A DNA stretch of 64,000 nt. Origin: Octopus vulgaris (Eukaryota). Below the pieces are notes generated by a model that did no database searches, had not been told where the DNA came from, and saw only the letters and a program-made list of their open reading frames with translations. The translations under genes were made by a program, and so were the position numbers. Positions 1 to 12,956 of this stretch are shown in pieces (position 1 is the stretch's first letter; every line of letters starts with the position of its first letter). The DNA is taken from NCBI GenBank assembly GCA_951406725.2, contig OX597814.1, positions 220,782,001-220,846,000 on the forward strand, written 5' to 3'.

Positions 1-381
1 GTGTATATGTGTATCTAGGTATAATGTGTGTGAGTGTGTGTGCGTCCGTTTCTGTGTTTACATGTAACCGCTAAAAAACCGGTAGTATACTGACATAATG
101 TCGGGATGTCATGCTTGTGTGTCTCAATAAAAATATTTAAGAAAGATAGAACAATAAATACAGGGTGCGACAGAAAAACGTCTCATATTATATATAGCTA
201 TTACTGTAGCAATAGCCATGTTACTCAGATTAAAACGGTATCTACATGGAGCTAATGTGTTGCCGTTTTTGGCTTTTACGGTTTTAGTTGAGAAAGTTGC
301 ATAACCGTGCGTTTGCTGTTGAAATACGTAGAATGGTGAATCTGAAGTTTTTCCGCACACTGCAAAGTAGGGTGGGTGGAG

Positions 382-470
382 GTAGATAGATAGATAGATA
401 GATAGAAAGAGAGAGAGAGAGAGAGAGAGAGGGGAGAGAGAGAGAGAGAGAGAGATAGGGAGAAGGGAGA
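382..470. repeat. (GATA)n/(GA)n microsatellite in a relatively CpG-rich, promoter-like region
   Basis: Direct reading. Confidence 0.9.
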
Positions 471-1100
471 GGCGTTGTAAAGGAATTCGAATTCGGAGAG
501 CGAGTGAGCCAAGGCGAAGAGGAGAGAGTCGAAGTTCCTTCCAAATTTGAATTTTTTTTTAGTAAAATAGCATTCTCAAAATAGGCGTTTCTGCAGAATA
601 TAATGCAGGTGTAAACAACGTCTTCGATATTATAGTGAAATATCGTTGGATATCTCACGCCGCCATAATACTAGGCCGCTACATCTATGCATCAATCTTC
701 CTCTTTTTTTTTTTGTTTTTAATTTCCTGAAACTTGTCGATTTAAGTGAATATTTGTAATATAGAATATGTTATGTGTACAGGAAAAAAATTTTATAATA
801 CATAATGTACAATTTATCTTACTATCACGATAGGTAAGTATGTGTATGTTTGATTTCAGAGCGAAAATACCATCTGTTCACTTCTGTGTACGAGTTGTGT
901 AAACGGAAAGAAACGGAGACAGATACTAAACAGCGAATCAGCAGAATCATTAGACCTCTCGATATATTATATTGCCATATATATTATATTTGTCTTGCCT
1001 CTCAATACTCTGACTTTAAATTCTGGAAAGGATAAACCTTGCCTTTTATTCTTACAGTCAAGTACTGAAGTCAATTCTTCTCTTGCTATTCATCTCTTAG

Positions 1101-1236
1101 AATCGGTAACCGAACGGCGTGAGAAGGAGGATTTGCGCGATGTTTGGTAGCTGGATATCTGTGTGGAACACTGGTATATTGTTTGCAGGAACATTATTGA
1201 TACACTTCTTCAGAATTCATATCTACCTATTTTATA
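1101..1236 (+). CDS. Candidate first coding exon (ATG 1140; MFGSWISVWNTGILFAGTLLIHFFRIHIYLFY, hydrophobic, signal/anchor-like)
   Basis: Polypyrimidine + AG acceptor ending 1100, donor GTAAGG at 1237 (phase 1), upstream donor TAG|GTAAGT at 834. No homology recognised. Confidence 0.25.
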
Positions 1237-1245
1237 GTAAGGATA

Positions 1246-1294
<49 letters not shown>

Positions 1295-1477
1295 TAGATA
1301 CAGACACGCGCACACACACACGATTATATATATACCTCTCACACACTCAACACACATGCACACATATACAAGAACATACATGCACTTTCACATACACATA
1401 AATACACACACATAACACACATAAACACGTACACACACACACACGCGCACACACGCGCACACACAGAGTTACTATCA

Positions 1478-1529
<52 letters not shown>

Positions 1530-1924
1530 CTAGCAGTTTCGCCCGGCGTTGCTTGGGTTTGTAAGGGAAATAACTATATAAGCATTTTTAGCGATGTAAA
1601 GTATAATAGCCATCTCAATATGGCTAACCACAAAGGGGGGGTGTTACTGTAGCTTTTTACGTTCTGAGATTTAATAATACATTTTTAGAGAGTTACTTCT
1701 CTTATATATGCCTAAAATGCATTAAAAATGGGAAAAATTGATGGTAATTTTTTTTTTAAATCATAGACTCATCGTAGACGCGCGCTAATACCCAGAAGGG
1801 CTCGATATGAATCACGACTATAAGATACCCGGCTTTGGTTAAACTGCACCGCAAAATGTGGGAGTAGTTAGGAATCTAAATCGTAGGAGACAGACAGCAC
1901 AAACCTTACTTTTATATATAAAGA
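1530..1924 (-). mobile_element. Non-autonomous Helitron, head type A
   Basis: On the minus strand: A|TCTTTATATATAAAAG ... hairpin CCCAAGCAACGCCGGG ... CTAG|T. Near-identical inverted copy at 2962-3356. Confidence 0.85.
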
Positions 1925-2057
1925 TATATATATATATATATACATACAAACCAACTTTCTGTCATAAAGTGATCACAAAAACCGATAGAAAATAAGTTAA
2001 AGCGGTGCTTCAGCTTGACCACTGTCCTACGATTGAGACCGTTAAAGAGATAAAAGA

Positions 2058-2108
<51 letters not shown>

Positions 2109-2151
2109 GCTGAATAGATATCATTGAACGTATGTACATGCATATACGTAT

Positions 2152-2539
2152 GGTGGAAGCACTCCGTCGGTTACGACGATGAGGGTTCCGGTTGATCCGA
2201 ATCAATGGAACAGCCTGCTCGTGAAATTAACGTGTAAGTGGCTGAGCACTCCACAGACACGTGTACCCTTAACGTAGTTCTCGGGGATATTCAGCGTGAC
2301 ACAGAGGGTGACAAGGCCGGCCCCTTGAAATACAGGTACAACAGAAACAGGAAGTAAGAGTGAGAGAAAGTTGTGGTGAAAGAGTACAGCAGGGATCACC
2401 ACCATCCCCTGCCGGAGCCTTGTGGAGCTTTTAGGTGTTTTCGCTCAATAAACACTCACAACGCCCGGTCTGGGAATCGAAACCGCGATCCTATGACCGC
2501 GAGTCCGCTGCCCTAATCACTGGGCCATTGCGCCTCCAC
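2152..2539 (-). mobile_element. tRNA-derived SINE family 1, full length
   Basis: tRNA-like head with Pol III A/B boxes (B box GGTTTCGATTCC); 12-bp TSD GCATATACGTAT at 2140-2151 and 2540-2551; 5 copies in window. Confidence 0.9.
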
Positions 2540-2961
2540 GCATATACGTATACGCGCGTGTACGCATATGTATGTACATACGTTCAATATATCTATTTAG
2601 CCAAGCGATTCACTTCTCTTTGTAACATTCCCTGTCTCATTCACTTCTTTCCAGCGCTGACCCTGATTTCTCTTTTATCATTACTTATTGAACCACCTTA
2701 CCTTTCTAACACTCTCTTTATACTGAAGAGTGCGCTACATTTCTTCTATTCGTTCTTTACTTATGCTTATCTACCTCGTTCATTCTTTCTTGTACTTCTC
2801 TCTTACACTGTCTTTTTCGATCTTTCCTAACTATCTAATTCACCTCACCCTAGTGCCAAATTTTTTTTTTTAATGTAGTTGTAGTCTCAGAGGCTATAAA
2901 TGTTTCCTGTATTCAGCTATTTGTACGATGCAGTGGTTGTGCAGGATTTGAAGTCCTGAAA

Positions 2962-3356
2962 TCTTTATATATAAAAGTGAAGTTGGGTGTCTGTCTCCTA
3001 CGATTTAGATTCCTAACTACTCCCACATTTTGCGGTGCAGTTTAACTCAAACCGGGTATCTTATAGTCGTGATTCATATCGAGCCCTTCTGGGTATTAGC
3101 GCGCGTCTACGATGAGTCTACGATTTAAAAAGAAATTTACCATAATTTTTTCCCATTTTTAATGCATTTTTTTGCTATTATATAAGGGAAGTAACTCTCT
3201 AAAAATGTATTATTAAATCTCAGAACGTAAAAAGCTACAGTAACACACCCCTTTGTGGTTAGCCATATTGAGATGGCTATTATACTTTACATCTCTAAAA
3301 ATGCTTATATAGTTATTTCCCTTACAAACCCGAGCAACGCCGGGCGATACTGCTAG
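2962..3356 (+). mobile_element. Non-autonomous Helitron, head type A
   Basis: A|TC start, 3' hairpin CCCGAGCAACGCCGGG then CTAG|T, no TSD. Confidence 0.88.
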
Positions 3357-3844
3357 TATTCTATAGATGTGAAGCTTCTTGTTAATTGCTGTACGCCCAT
3401 TGACCAGGTCAAAGGAAACAACACTCCAATCAATAGATATTGCATGAAGTTTGGTTCTTTTATTAGGTATGTGTACACCTGTCCAAGTAACTACACAGCG
3501 AGGTGGATCGAATTTTTGTACCTATGTCCATCTCTAAAGTTATATAGGCGCAGGATCCGAATCTCGTAATTTTGCGGCATCCGTGTCTGAGATACTACTC
3601 ACAGCACCTGAATACGTGGGAGTAGAGGCTTGTTTCCTGCGAGACAGTTAAGACAGCTCAGTCTTGCAGTGAAAACATTGCTTTAGTTAAGAAGTAATAT
3701 GACTGCGTTGTTTTGAAAGATGGCAGACGGTGATAGTAAAAAATAAACAGACAGGAACTAGATAAAAGAATTGTTCGCTGGTACAATGGCTGTCATAGTT
3801 GTTGAGGGGAAAACTTTTCTTCCTCTCTCTGTCTCTTTCTTTCT

Positions 3845-4048
3845 ACACACACACACACACACATTTCTGCATGTATGTATTATATGTATGTATGTGTGTA
3901 GGTATGTATGTATGTATGTATGTATGTATGTATGTATGTATGTATGTATGTATGTATGTATGTGTGCATGCATGTATGTGTGCATGCATGTATGTATGTA
4001 TGTATGTATGTATGTATGTATGTATGTGTGTATGTATGTATGTATGTA

Positions 4049-4079
<31 letters not shown>

Positions 4080-4310
4080 ATGTATGTATGTATGTGTGTG
4101 TGTATGTATGTATGTATGTATGTATGTATGTATGTATGTATGTATGTGTGCATGCATGTATGTATGTATGTATGTATGTATGTATGCATGTATGTATGTA
4201 TGTATGTATGTATGCATGCATGCATGTATGTATGCATGTATGTATGTATGTATGTATGTATGTATATATGCATGCATGTATGTATGTATGTATGTATGTA
4301 TGTATGTATA
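3845..4310. repeat. (TATG)n compound microsatellite
   Basis: Direct reading. Confidence 0.95.
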
Positions 4311-5133
4311 ATATAGATAGACAGATGAAGCGCATTCACTCATGTAAACGGGACTACTATTGGCATTGAGCACGCATGCAGCGGTGACCGAATTGTCATA
4401 TTCGATTTAACACGTTCCCAACATGAATACATTACTTACGTAGTTATTGAATCTATAAAGAATGTGACAATGTTCTCGTTCAAATATCAAAGTATAACGA
4501 AATACTTTCCCTCATTGCATGTCACGCTATTAGCAAATTGGGCGCCAGATACGAGAAACTTGCCATTCGACAGATGGAATTTTGGTTATTTTGAAAAACA
4601 AAAAACAAAAACAAAAAACAATGCGATGCTAAGACGAGCTCCATGACATGACAGGATCTTGTTACGAAAGATAAAAATCGACATTTCCTGATATAAAATA
4701 CTTTCATTCGCTAAGAAGTCAAGAAAACTTTTAGTAATGGCAATGATGACTGACTTCATTTAATAAACAGTGTGTAACCATCAGGGCATTAATCAGTTTT
4801 ATATTCAACACTTCTCGTATTTACATGCTTTCTCAATCTGGCTGCGTGTTATCATTGTCTTGAATCTAACTCCTTTATCTGTGTATAAAGCAAACGGAAT
4901 TCCTCCCCTCGATTCAAGCTGGTTCTTATCAATGATATAACCAGATAGGATACCGTTCGTTTGCCTACATTGGAGGGATGTCACTTCTCGCTTGATCTGA
5001 GGTTTTCGCTGGCGATGAATAAACGAGAATATAAACAAAACTGATACTTCTTACGACTTTTCAGGGATGCTTCGCTTTGTTTATTCTTTGGATGTAATAG
5101 TTATCCATAACATGACCTGTAGATTAGTAGACG

Positions 5134-6720
5134 CACTGCAGCATAAAGCATATTATTGCAACGAAACTGGTAGGCAAGACCCCACCTTTTTATATTCTAG
5201 TTGATTACACTAACCAACAAATTCTAACTTTTTTCTTCTGACCTAAGTTTGAGATCTGTTTTGGGGGTAATTTGGGGGTCACTGAGAATAAAAAGGGCTA
5301 TAGTTCTTTTCTGTCAGGTCGAACTTTTTTTCTGTGGGTTGGCCCATATTGGCCTTACCCGTAGCTCCATGTTTCAGAAATTTCTCGATGTGCTTTTCGT
5401 AGGGTAGGTTAGCAGTAAGAGTCTCAATGTCAGCTGAGTGTTCAGTGAGTGAGGTTGTGACGTTCAGTCGGCCTAGTATATGCACATGTGTAAAAGTGTG
5501 TTTCCTAACAACTGTGTGCTCGAATGCTCTGTCTTCTTAATCTGCGTTGTTAATCTCTTCTTACTATCAACAAATGTACAAAAGATATCATAGTTAAGCA
5601 TTTCTACTGAATATTTATTTTATCAATGTATTTAGACATCTACTGAGACAAACCTAGACATATAAATATGTTTTACAGTACTAAGTCAAAGAAGAATGAA
5701 CATTAGTGACTTTGTGAAAAGATCCTACTTTACTTACTTTAAGATTAAAGTTGGTGATCAGGATAAATCGTGAGCCTCGCACAATGTATGTAAACCCTGT
5801 GTCAGAAATCCACGCCAATGGACAAAGAGCACAAAGAAACGACTAACATTTGACATTCCTATAATATGGTGGGAGTCAAAGAACCATGTAAATGATTGTT
5901 ACTTTTGTCTCACAAAGACTTGTGTTTATAGTAACAGAACGTGAGAGAAAATAAGTTACGCAAATCTAGATTCAGCAATTCATTCAGTGTTTCACTCAGA
6001 TGAAATACCAGAATCCGTTTTCAAGGATCGACCTTCACTGCAAGGTGAAAGTGACGTATGTGAAGTAAATATAAATCATGAACACGACAGTGATATAGAC
6101 GTTGTAGAAACATGAACCAAAGAACTTGAAAACTTTAACCTGACAGAACATAATGATTTAGTTAGAGACCTACCGTCAAAAGACTGATCAAAGCTGTTAG
6201 TTTCTAGGCTTAAAGTAAAGACTTTGTTGCAGAAAGAAACAAACGTAACTTTTTATCGGAATAGGATAAAAAAAAATCTCTTGACGTTATTTACAACCAG
6301 AAAAGATTTTGTTTACTGTTGTGACGTGGCCGAACGTTAAACGTGATGGTATTGGACAGCATGATCCTAGTGAATGGAGACTCTTTACAGATAGTTCATG
6401 GTGCGCTTCCTATTGGTCACTTTGTGCTCTTTAAAGAGAATTATGATCACATAAAAGTTGTATTAGATTTATTCAAGTATGATGAACATAAATGGGTCAT
6501 ATGTGTGATTCTAAAAATGGTTGACTTTTTACTTGTCCAACAAGGAGGGTATACAAAATATCCGTATTTCCTGTATTTATGGGATAGCTGAGCAAGAAAC
6601 AAACATTGGGTACAGAAACTCTGTCCAGTTAGGAAAATTTTGACTTTTGGAGAGAAGAATGTCATACACTAACCACTTGTTGAGCGAGAGAAAATCATCT
6701 CCCCACCAATCTCTCCAATT
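5134..6720 (+). mobile_element. Degenerate Chapaev3 (CMC) DNA transposon: left end plus broken transposase
   Basis: Starts CACTG. Translated remnants GDQDKS*ASHNVCKPC, WESKNHVNDCYFCL, NDLVRDL, PIGH..LKENY, EHKWVIC..LKMVDFLLVQQGGYTKYPYFLYLWDS match the Chapaev3 transposase pattern, with stops and frameshifts. Confidence 0.7.
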
Positions 6721-7339
6721 TATCCAATGTAACATTTCTTCCTATCACGTCGAGTTTAAAGCTTCACTGGAGTTTTTTTTCTATCAACCTATCTCGTATG
6801 TGCATGTTTATGTTTGCCTGAATGCGTGTGTGATTATTTGGCATACAAATATATAATGTTTCAGAGCGTTAAAGGGTCATTGCCTTTTATAATGAAACAT
6901 GCTGTGTTATAGACTTCACAAGAGCCAAGAATACAATAAAAACCCTTAAAAATATCATTCAACAGGACAACACTAAGGAGTAACGGTTGTCGACTCGTAC
7001 GGCCAGCCACTGCAGGATAAACAGCTCACTTTCATCTTGACTTGTTCTTATCGGTGTGAAACGGCTGCAGCTCCCCGAAAACATGTCGCTAGAAAGAAAC
7101 TTGCTACAGTAATCAGCGCTTAAAGAAAAGAGAGAGAAAAAAACAGAAGCAAAAAAGTTCTTACGAGTCCACCCACACCGTTAGATGGCGTGCATGGAGA
7201 ATTTGTTGCCGCTTAATAACTATTAACGCTGTAATGATCACAATCGGGATATACGATCTCTCTCTTTCTCTTTGTCTCTCTTACCGCCCGCTTTCTCCCT
7301 CTCTCCATATATATGTACGTACACATATGTAAGCATATT

Positions 7340-7355
7340 TTATATACATATATAT

Positions 7356-7454
<99 letters not shown>

Positions 7455-7461
7455 GTATATA

Positions 7462-7558
<97 letters not shown>

Positions 7559-7648
7559 TATATATATATATATCGATACAATAATTGTTTCTTGTCAGGA
7601 ACAAAAAAATGTATGTATATATATATACATACATACATACATATATAT

Positions 7649-7740
<92 letters not shown>
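7340..7740. repeat. (TA)n microsatellite block
   Basis: Direct reading. Confidence 0.95.
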
Positions 7741-8079
7741 TCAAAATTCAGATAAGTTATCATTTATCTTTAAAAAAAACAATAATAAAGTGGCTAGCAA
7801 ACATAATCCAAATATTCAATATATATATGTATATAAAAAGTCAGGGTGCAAAATGTACCCGTTTGCTTGAAAGAAGGATAAAGCTTTCTAAAACTACGTA
7901 TGTTTCATTGTATGTAAATACACACAGATAATGTTGTAATAGATTTAGAAAAACGGTTTTTCCAGTTGTAAATCTGCAAACAGGAAGGTAGACATCCCAG
8001 TATCAATTGTAAATGATACTTGGCTTTGGAGAGTTTTAGTCTCCTTTCAAGCAAACAGGTACATATTGCACCCTCACTT

Positions 8080-8158
<79 letters not shown>

Positions 8159-8162
<4 letters not shown>

Positions 8163-8453
8163 AATTGCAGTGTGGAAGGTGTTTGTAAGCCATTTAAGAA
8201 ACACACAAAAGCTGTTCGATTCACTTTAACATTTAAGTTTAATTTGTCAAAATATTTTCTTCGCTTTAAGACCGCGACCTGTTCACTGACAAAAATCCGT
8301 GCTGCATCTCCAAATATTTTGACAAATTAAACTTAAATGTTGAAGTGAATCGAACGGCTTTTGTGTGTTTCTTAAACATCTTCGACGCTGCAATTGTTTT
8401 CGTTTCAGCACACGATCTCAGATCAAATCACTTGCTATGCAAGTACATCTCCG

Positions 8454-8457
<4 letters not shown>
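8159..8457. mobile_element. Fold-back element inserted in (TA)n, probably Penelope-terminus derived
   Basis: Inverted arms ~8159-8257 and ~8312-8399; (TA)n on both sides. Confidence 0.6.
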
Positions 8458-8502
<45 letters not shown>

Positions 8503-8506
<4 letters not shown>

Positions 8507-9414
8507 GTCATCTCATAAATAATGAGATTTCTTAAATACTTCTTTCATTTTTCAAAATTAAGATAAATTTCTTTTTAAATCTAAAATATACTCTCTTCAT
8601 TTTCTACAATACTCTTCCATCTATATGGTAGACGTTCGAGGCCCCACTTTCAAAATTCTCTTGTTCACGACGAAAAATACTCCTCCAGTGCTCTTCTGAT
8701 TGTCCGCAGAATACATATTTTTCCGTCCAAATGATTTTGAAGACAGCGGAATAAATGATAATCAGATGGGGCAATATCTAGCAAATATGGAGGGTGGGGC
8801 ATCGTTTCCCATTCAAACTCACCCAGCCTTTGGAATTTCATCCCCTCTGTATGTAGCCGAGCATTGTCCAGATAGAGGAACACCTTTCGTCTTGAAACCA
8901 AAGATGATCGTTTTTCTTCTAGCGCAGGTGTCGATGAATAACTGAATAACCAAATCCTAGCTTCTATGCTAGTCCCTCAACAGTTACGATGGGATTTTGC
9001 TCCACCGGGTTTTATGGACGTCTTCGTCGAGCTCTACTGCTCTTCTAGGACGAAGCTCGTCTTCTAGGCTGTAGTTTCCGGCTCGGAATTTCTGGAACCA
9101 CCGTTGACACTGGTTTACGCTTATTGTCCAATCCCCATATACTGCATTAATATTCCTCGCACATTCCATTACGTTGTTGCCTTTATTGAACTCACAAAGA
9201 AAAATATGCCGAATATGCTCCTTTGTCACTTCCATTATAGCTTTGAAAAAATAACTCTTAAAATCGAACTGCACTCTTCAAAACTTGCACTAAGAATAAG
9301 TACAAAGATGAAATTACTACATGATTTTATAGTTGATGCAGGTAGTTTATCCTGACCCCCTCCGACTTTTAATTCATACAACTAAAAAACCGTATTATTT
9401 ATGGGACTACCCAA
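8503..9414 (-). mobile_element. Internally deleted mariner transposon (pseudogene transposase)
   Basis: Imperfect TIRs TTGGGTCATCTCATAAATAATG / GTATTATTTATGGGACTACCCAA flanked by TA. N-terminal HTH ORF 8984-9274 (QRWFQKFRAGNYSLEDE.RP); C-terminal DNAR.H ... HPPY..DIAPSDYHLF ORF 8665-8901. Confidence 0.92.
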
Positions 9415-9419
9415 TATAA

Positions 9420-10083
9420 TCTTCTCTCTTCGCGCCTTTGCGTCACATGGGCTCAACTCCCCTCTCCTCTTCATCTGACATCTACTTCCTCTTCACTCTT
9501 ACCCACCTTCTCCCTCATCGATACCTCTCCATCCACCCCACTTCCACACATCCCATTCCTACATACCCCACCCTACCCTACATACTCACTCCAAACCCAC
9601 ACTCCAGCACCACCACACTACACCACACACCACCACATCACATCACACCACACCCACACCACTTCCCAGCACCCACACCATCATCTACACACCCACACAT
9701 TATAGTCGCACACACTCACGCACACACACATGCATCCATACGTCAAAGTCACCAGCCCCTATCCACACGCACACATTTACACATTCTCATATATACACAC
9801 GCACGCACACATTCGTTTTGGGATCACCAGTACTTTATTATCTCCCTTCTTCCTAGTTCTCCTGTCTAACTACTTTTGCCCAACCAGTCGCCATGATTGA
9901 CCGCTAACTCCAAAAGTTTTCTTTTATTCTCTCTCTCTTTATTTCCTCGTGTTCCTTTCTGTCGAAGTGTATAGGCTCGAAACGTAAAAGACTTTCTCAC
10001 CTTCCCGGGCGTCAAATTAATACACCTGTTTGTTGTTGTTAATACACCTGTCTTTATCTTTTGTTTTTCTGTAAATTTCAACT
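9420..10083 (+). mobile_element. Penelope-like element 3' end (pLTR-like) with hammerhead-like motif
   Basis: ORF tail ...GLNSPLLFI*, CA-rich UTR, CTTT CTGTCGA..GCTC GAAAC GTA AAAG at 9955-9990, ends at a microsatellite. Homologous to 12378-12582. Confidence 0.6.
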
Positions 10084-10106
10084 ATATGTATATGTATATG
10101 TATATG

Positions 10107-10201
<95 letters not shown>

Positions 10202-10206
10202 TATTT

Positions 10207-11020
10207 ATAGTATGCGGTGAATAATTTGTCGTCTAAATTACGCAAAAATGAAAATAACACTGACATCTCATTTTAACAGACATATTTGTCAAAATTACAT
10301 AAAATATCTTGAAATACTAAAGAGTAAATTTATTCAATAAAATCGCCATTGGCTTCAACCACGTCCTCCAGGCGACTTCGATAACCCCTGCAACTCTTCT
10401 GGACGGTCTCCTTGTTTAAGTTAGTGAATGCTGCTATGCCTTCAGTTCATCTTTACTGTTACAAGGAGTTTTGTGGGGGTTCAACCGCGCCACCCCACAC
10501 AATAATAAAGGGAGTTGCAGTCTGGAGAGTTAGGTGGTAAGATGTTAGGGGTGATGTGGTCGCAGAAATTGTCTGACAGCCATGACTGGGTTCTTCCGCT
10601 TGTGTAGCATGGTGCAGAGTCCAGTTTCCAGACATGGGATCTTCCAGCAGCCACACTGTTGACCCAGGGTAACACTGCCACCTCCAAGTACTTGATGTAG
10701 GCCTCTGTGTTGAGTCTGAGGCCGTGTAGGAAGATGAATGGAGGCACAACATGGCCATCTCTAGCGATCACTCCAAACACCATAATGTTGAGCGGCTGTC
10801 TGATATTCATCATCCTCGGTACATGTCCTCGGGTTGACACCCAAACACTATGAAATGTTCGAATTGGAGCTTCCAGCGCGAATGCCAAGCAGTACAGCAT
10901 GTCGTTTCCAAATTTCTGGTAGAGTGAATTGCATCTTGATGCTGTTTTTCTCAAGGACGGTGCCCAACTGACCCTACTATACTGTGTAATCGACAAAATC
11001 AAACAATGCGCGTACGTGAA
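10207..11020 (-). mobile_element. maT/DD37D (Tc1/mariner superfamily) transposon remnant
   Basis: IMVFGVI..DG.V.PPFIF..GLRLN...Y...L ... DSAPCYTS ... PPNSPDCNSL(Y): 37 residues between the second D and the (mutated) third catalytic position. Confidence 0.8.
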
Positions 11021-11024
11021 ATAA

Positions 11025-11102
<78 letters not shown>

Positions 11103-11524
11103 ATAGATAGATAGAGAGAGAGAGAGAGTGAGTGAGAGGAAGAGATACACATGGCTGTTTTGGTTAATATACACACACGCAAACACACACACACAAACAC
11201 ACACATATAAATATATGCACATATACATGCATATACACATACACATAAATGCACACTCACTCACACATACACATACACATGCACACACACACCAACGCAC
11301 ACACACACATACACATGCACACACACACACACGCACATACACATACAATGTAGTATATGCATCTGTGCTTATCTCATGAGATACAATTACTAAAAAATTC
11401 TTGTTTCTTTTCACAGCTTCTACAGAAACCAAAGCAGAAGTTCACCCAGAGGGCATATTTTTCGTTAAGTATACATACATATATACATACATACATAAAT
11501 ACATCTATAGATATATGCATGCAT

Positions 11525-11590
<66 letters not shown>

Positions 11591-12377
11591 TATATATATG
11601 CATATATATATATGCATATATATATATATATGCATATACAGGTCTTAACCCCCAAACAATCGCTCCCGAGCGGACTTTTACTCTGGCTTCTGTTGAACTT
11701 ATAAAAGAGGAAGGACACCCGAATTAACACCAATAATTTCATATATTTCCATAAATAAATTTATCATTCGGAAAATTTGTCAAGTTAAAAGCCTACCAGA
11801 TCTTCTGGCATCTTAGTACCACTGATATTTTAATGATTTGTCCTATGTAAAATTTTACCTCTCATATCATGTCAAAAACTTCACCTGATATCTTTATCTC
11901 ATCTTCTCGCTGGAATCCATACATGCAGAGATTCTGGTTTTTAATTTTTTCAAGTTCATTCTTTTACTTCATTATTGGCTTGCTACTTCTCTACATTAAT
12001 TTGGATATATACAACTTTTCTAACGATTTTTTCTTTTTAATGGAGAATAAGTAAAATATCATTTTTACCGCTGCGAATTCTATATATTTTTTTGTCGTTT
12101 ACTTGTTTCAGTCATTAGACTGTGGTCATACTGGGGCACCGTCTAGAAGAATTTTAGTCGAACGAATCGACTTATAAGTCCGATACTTATTCCATCGAAT
12201 CGCTAAGTTATGAGACGTAAATAGGCTAACACTGTTTGTCAAGCGGTGATGCGGAACAAACACGGATACAAAGACATACACACATATATACACACACACA
12301 CACACACACAAATGTATGTATGTATGTATGTATGTATGTATGTGTGTATACCTTTTACTCTTTTGTATATATATATA

Positions 12378-12578
12378 TGGTCAGTCGCCATGATAGATCG
12401 TTAGCCACTACACACATTTTTTTATCTCCTTGTTTCTCTCCTTGTTTTTTCTGTCCCTTCCTGTAGAAGAGCGTAGGCTCGAAACGTAAAAGACTTTTCA
12501 ATTCCTGAGCGTTATACTAATACATCTGTTCGTTTTGTACACCACCTGTCTTCGTCTTTTGTTTTTATCGTAAAATCT

Positions 12579-12582
<4 letters not shown>
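12378..12582 (+). mobile_element. Short Penelope-terminus fragment with hammerhead-like motif, in (TA)n
   Basis: CTGTAGA A GAGC-GTAG-GCTC GAAAC GTA AAAG at 12457-12492; similar to 9880-10083. Confidence 0.6.
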
Positions 12583-12622
<40 letters not shown>

Positions 12623-12629
<7 letters not shown>

Positions 12630-12885
12630 TTAAAGATAAAACCACTATTAGGCAAATCATACAATGAAAAACTTAAGCCAATACATAAGATTATTTAATT
12701 TATATTATTTAAATATATAACAAAATTATTAAAAAAATATAATTAATATAATATATTAATTCATTGTATGATTTACCTAATAGTGGTTTTATCTCTAATT
12801 TAATATGATATAATATTTTACTTTAAAATTGGATTCAATCCTAAATCTGATTTTTCCCTGTAAGTTTGGATTTATTCCCTAATAT

Positions 12886-12890
<5 letters not shown>
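12623..12890 (+). mobile_element. AT-rich fold-back element in (TA)n (second copy at 48277-48515)
   Basis: Inverted arms ~12623-12668 and ~12760-12804; tail TTTCCCTGTAAGTTTGGA also seen at ~31660. Confidence 0.7.

Positions 12891-12956
<66 letters not shown>

Noticed and set aside
655-672. Minus-strand start ATGGCGGC|GTGAG micro-exon
   Set aside because: Only 8 nt, with no downstream exon support within the window; cannot be distinguished from a YY1-like motif or chance.
2202-2405. Recurrent 67-aa ORF MVVIPAVLFHHN... (also 42089, 46541)
   Set aside because: Lies inside SINE family 1 copies; recurrence reflects the SINE.
3758-4373. Long ORFs of YIHT/MYVC/YIYI/HPSI type (also at 7.3, 14.3, 16.1, 17.3, 24, 37, 50 and 61 kb)
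   Set aside because: Translations of stop-free microsatellites; not genes.
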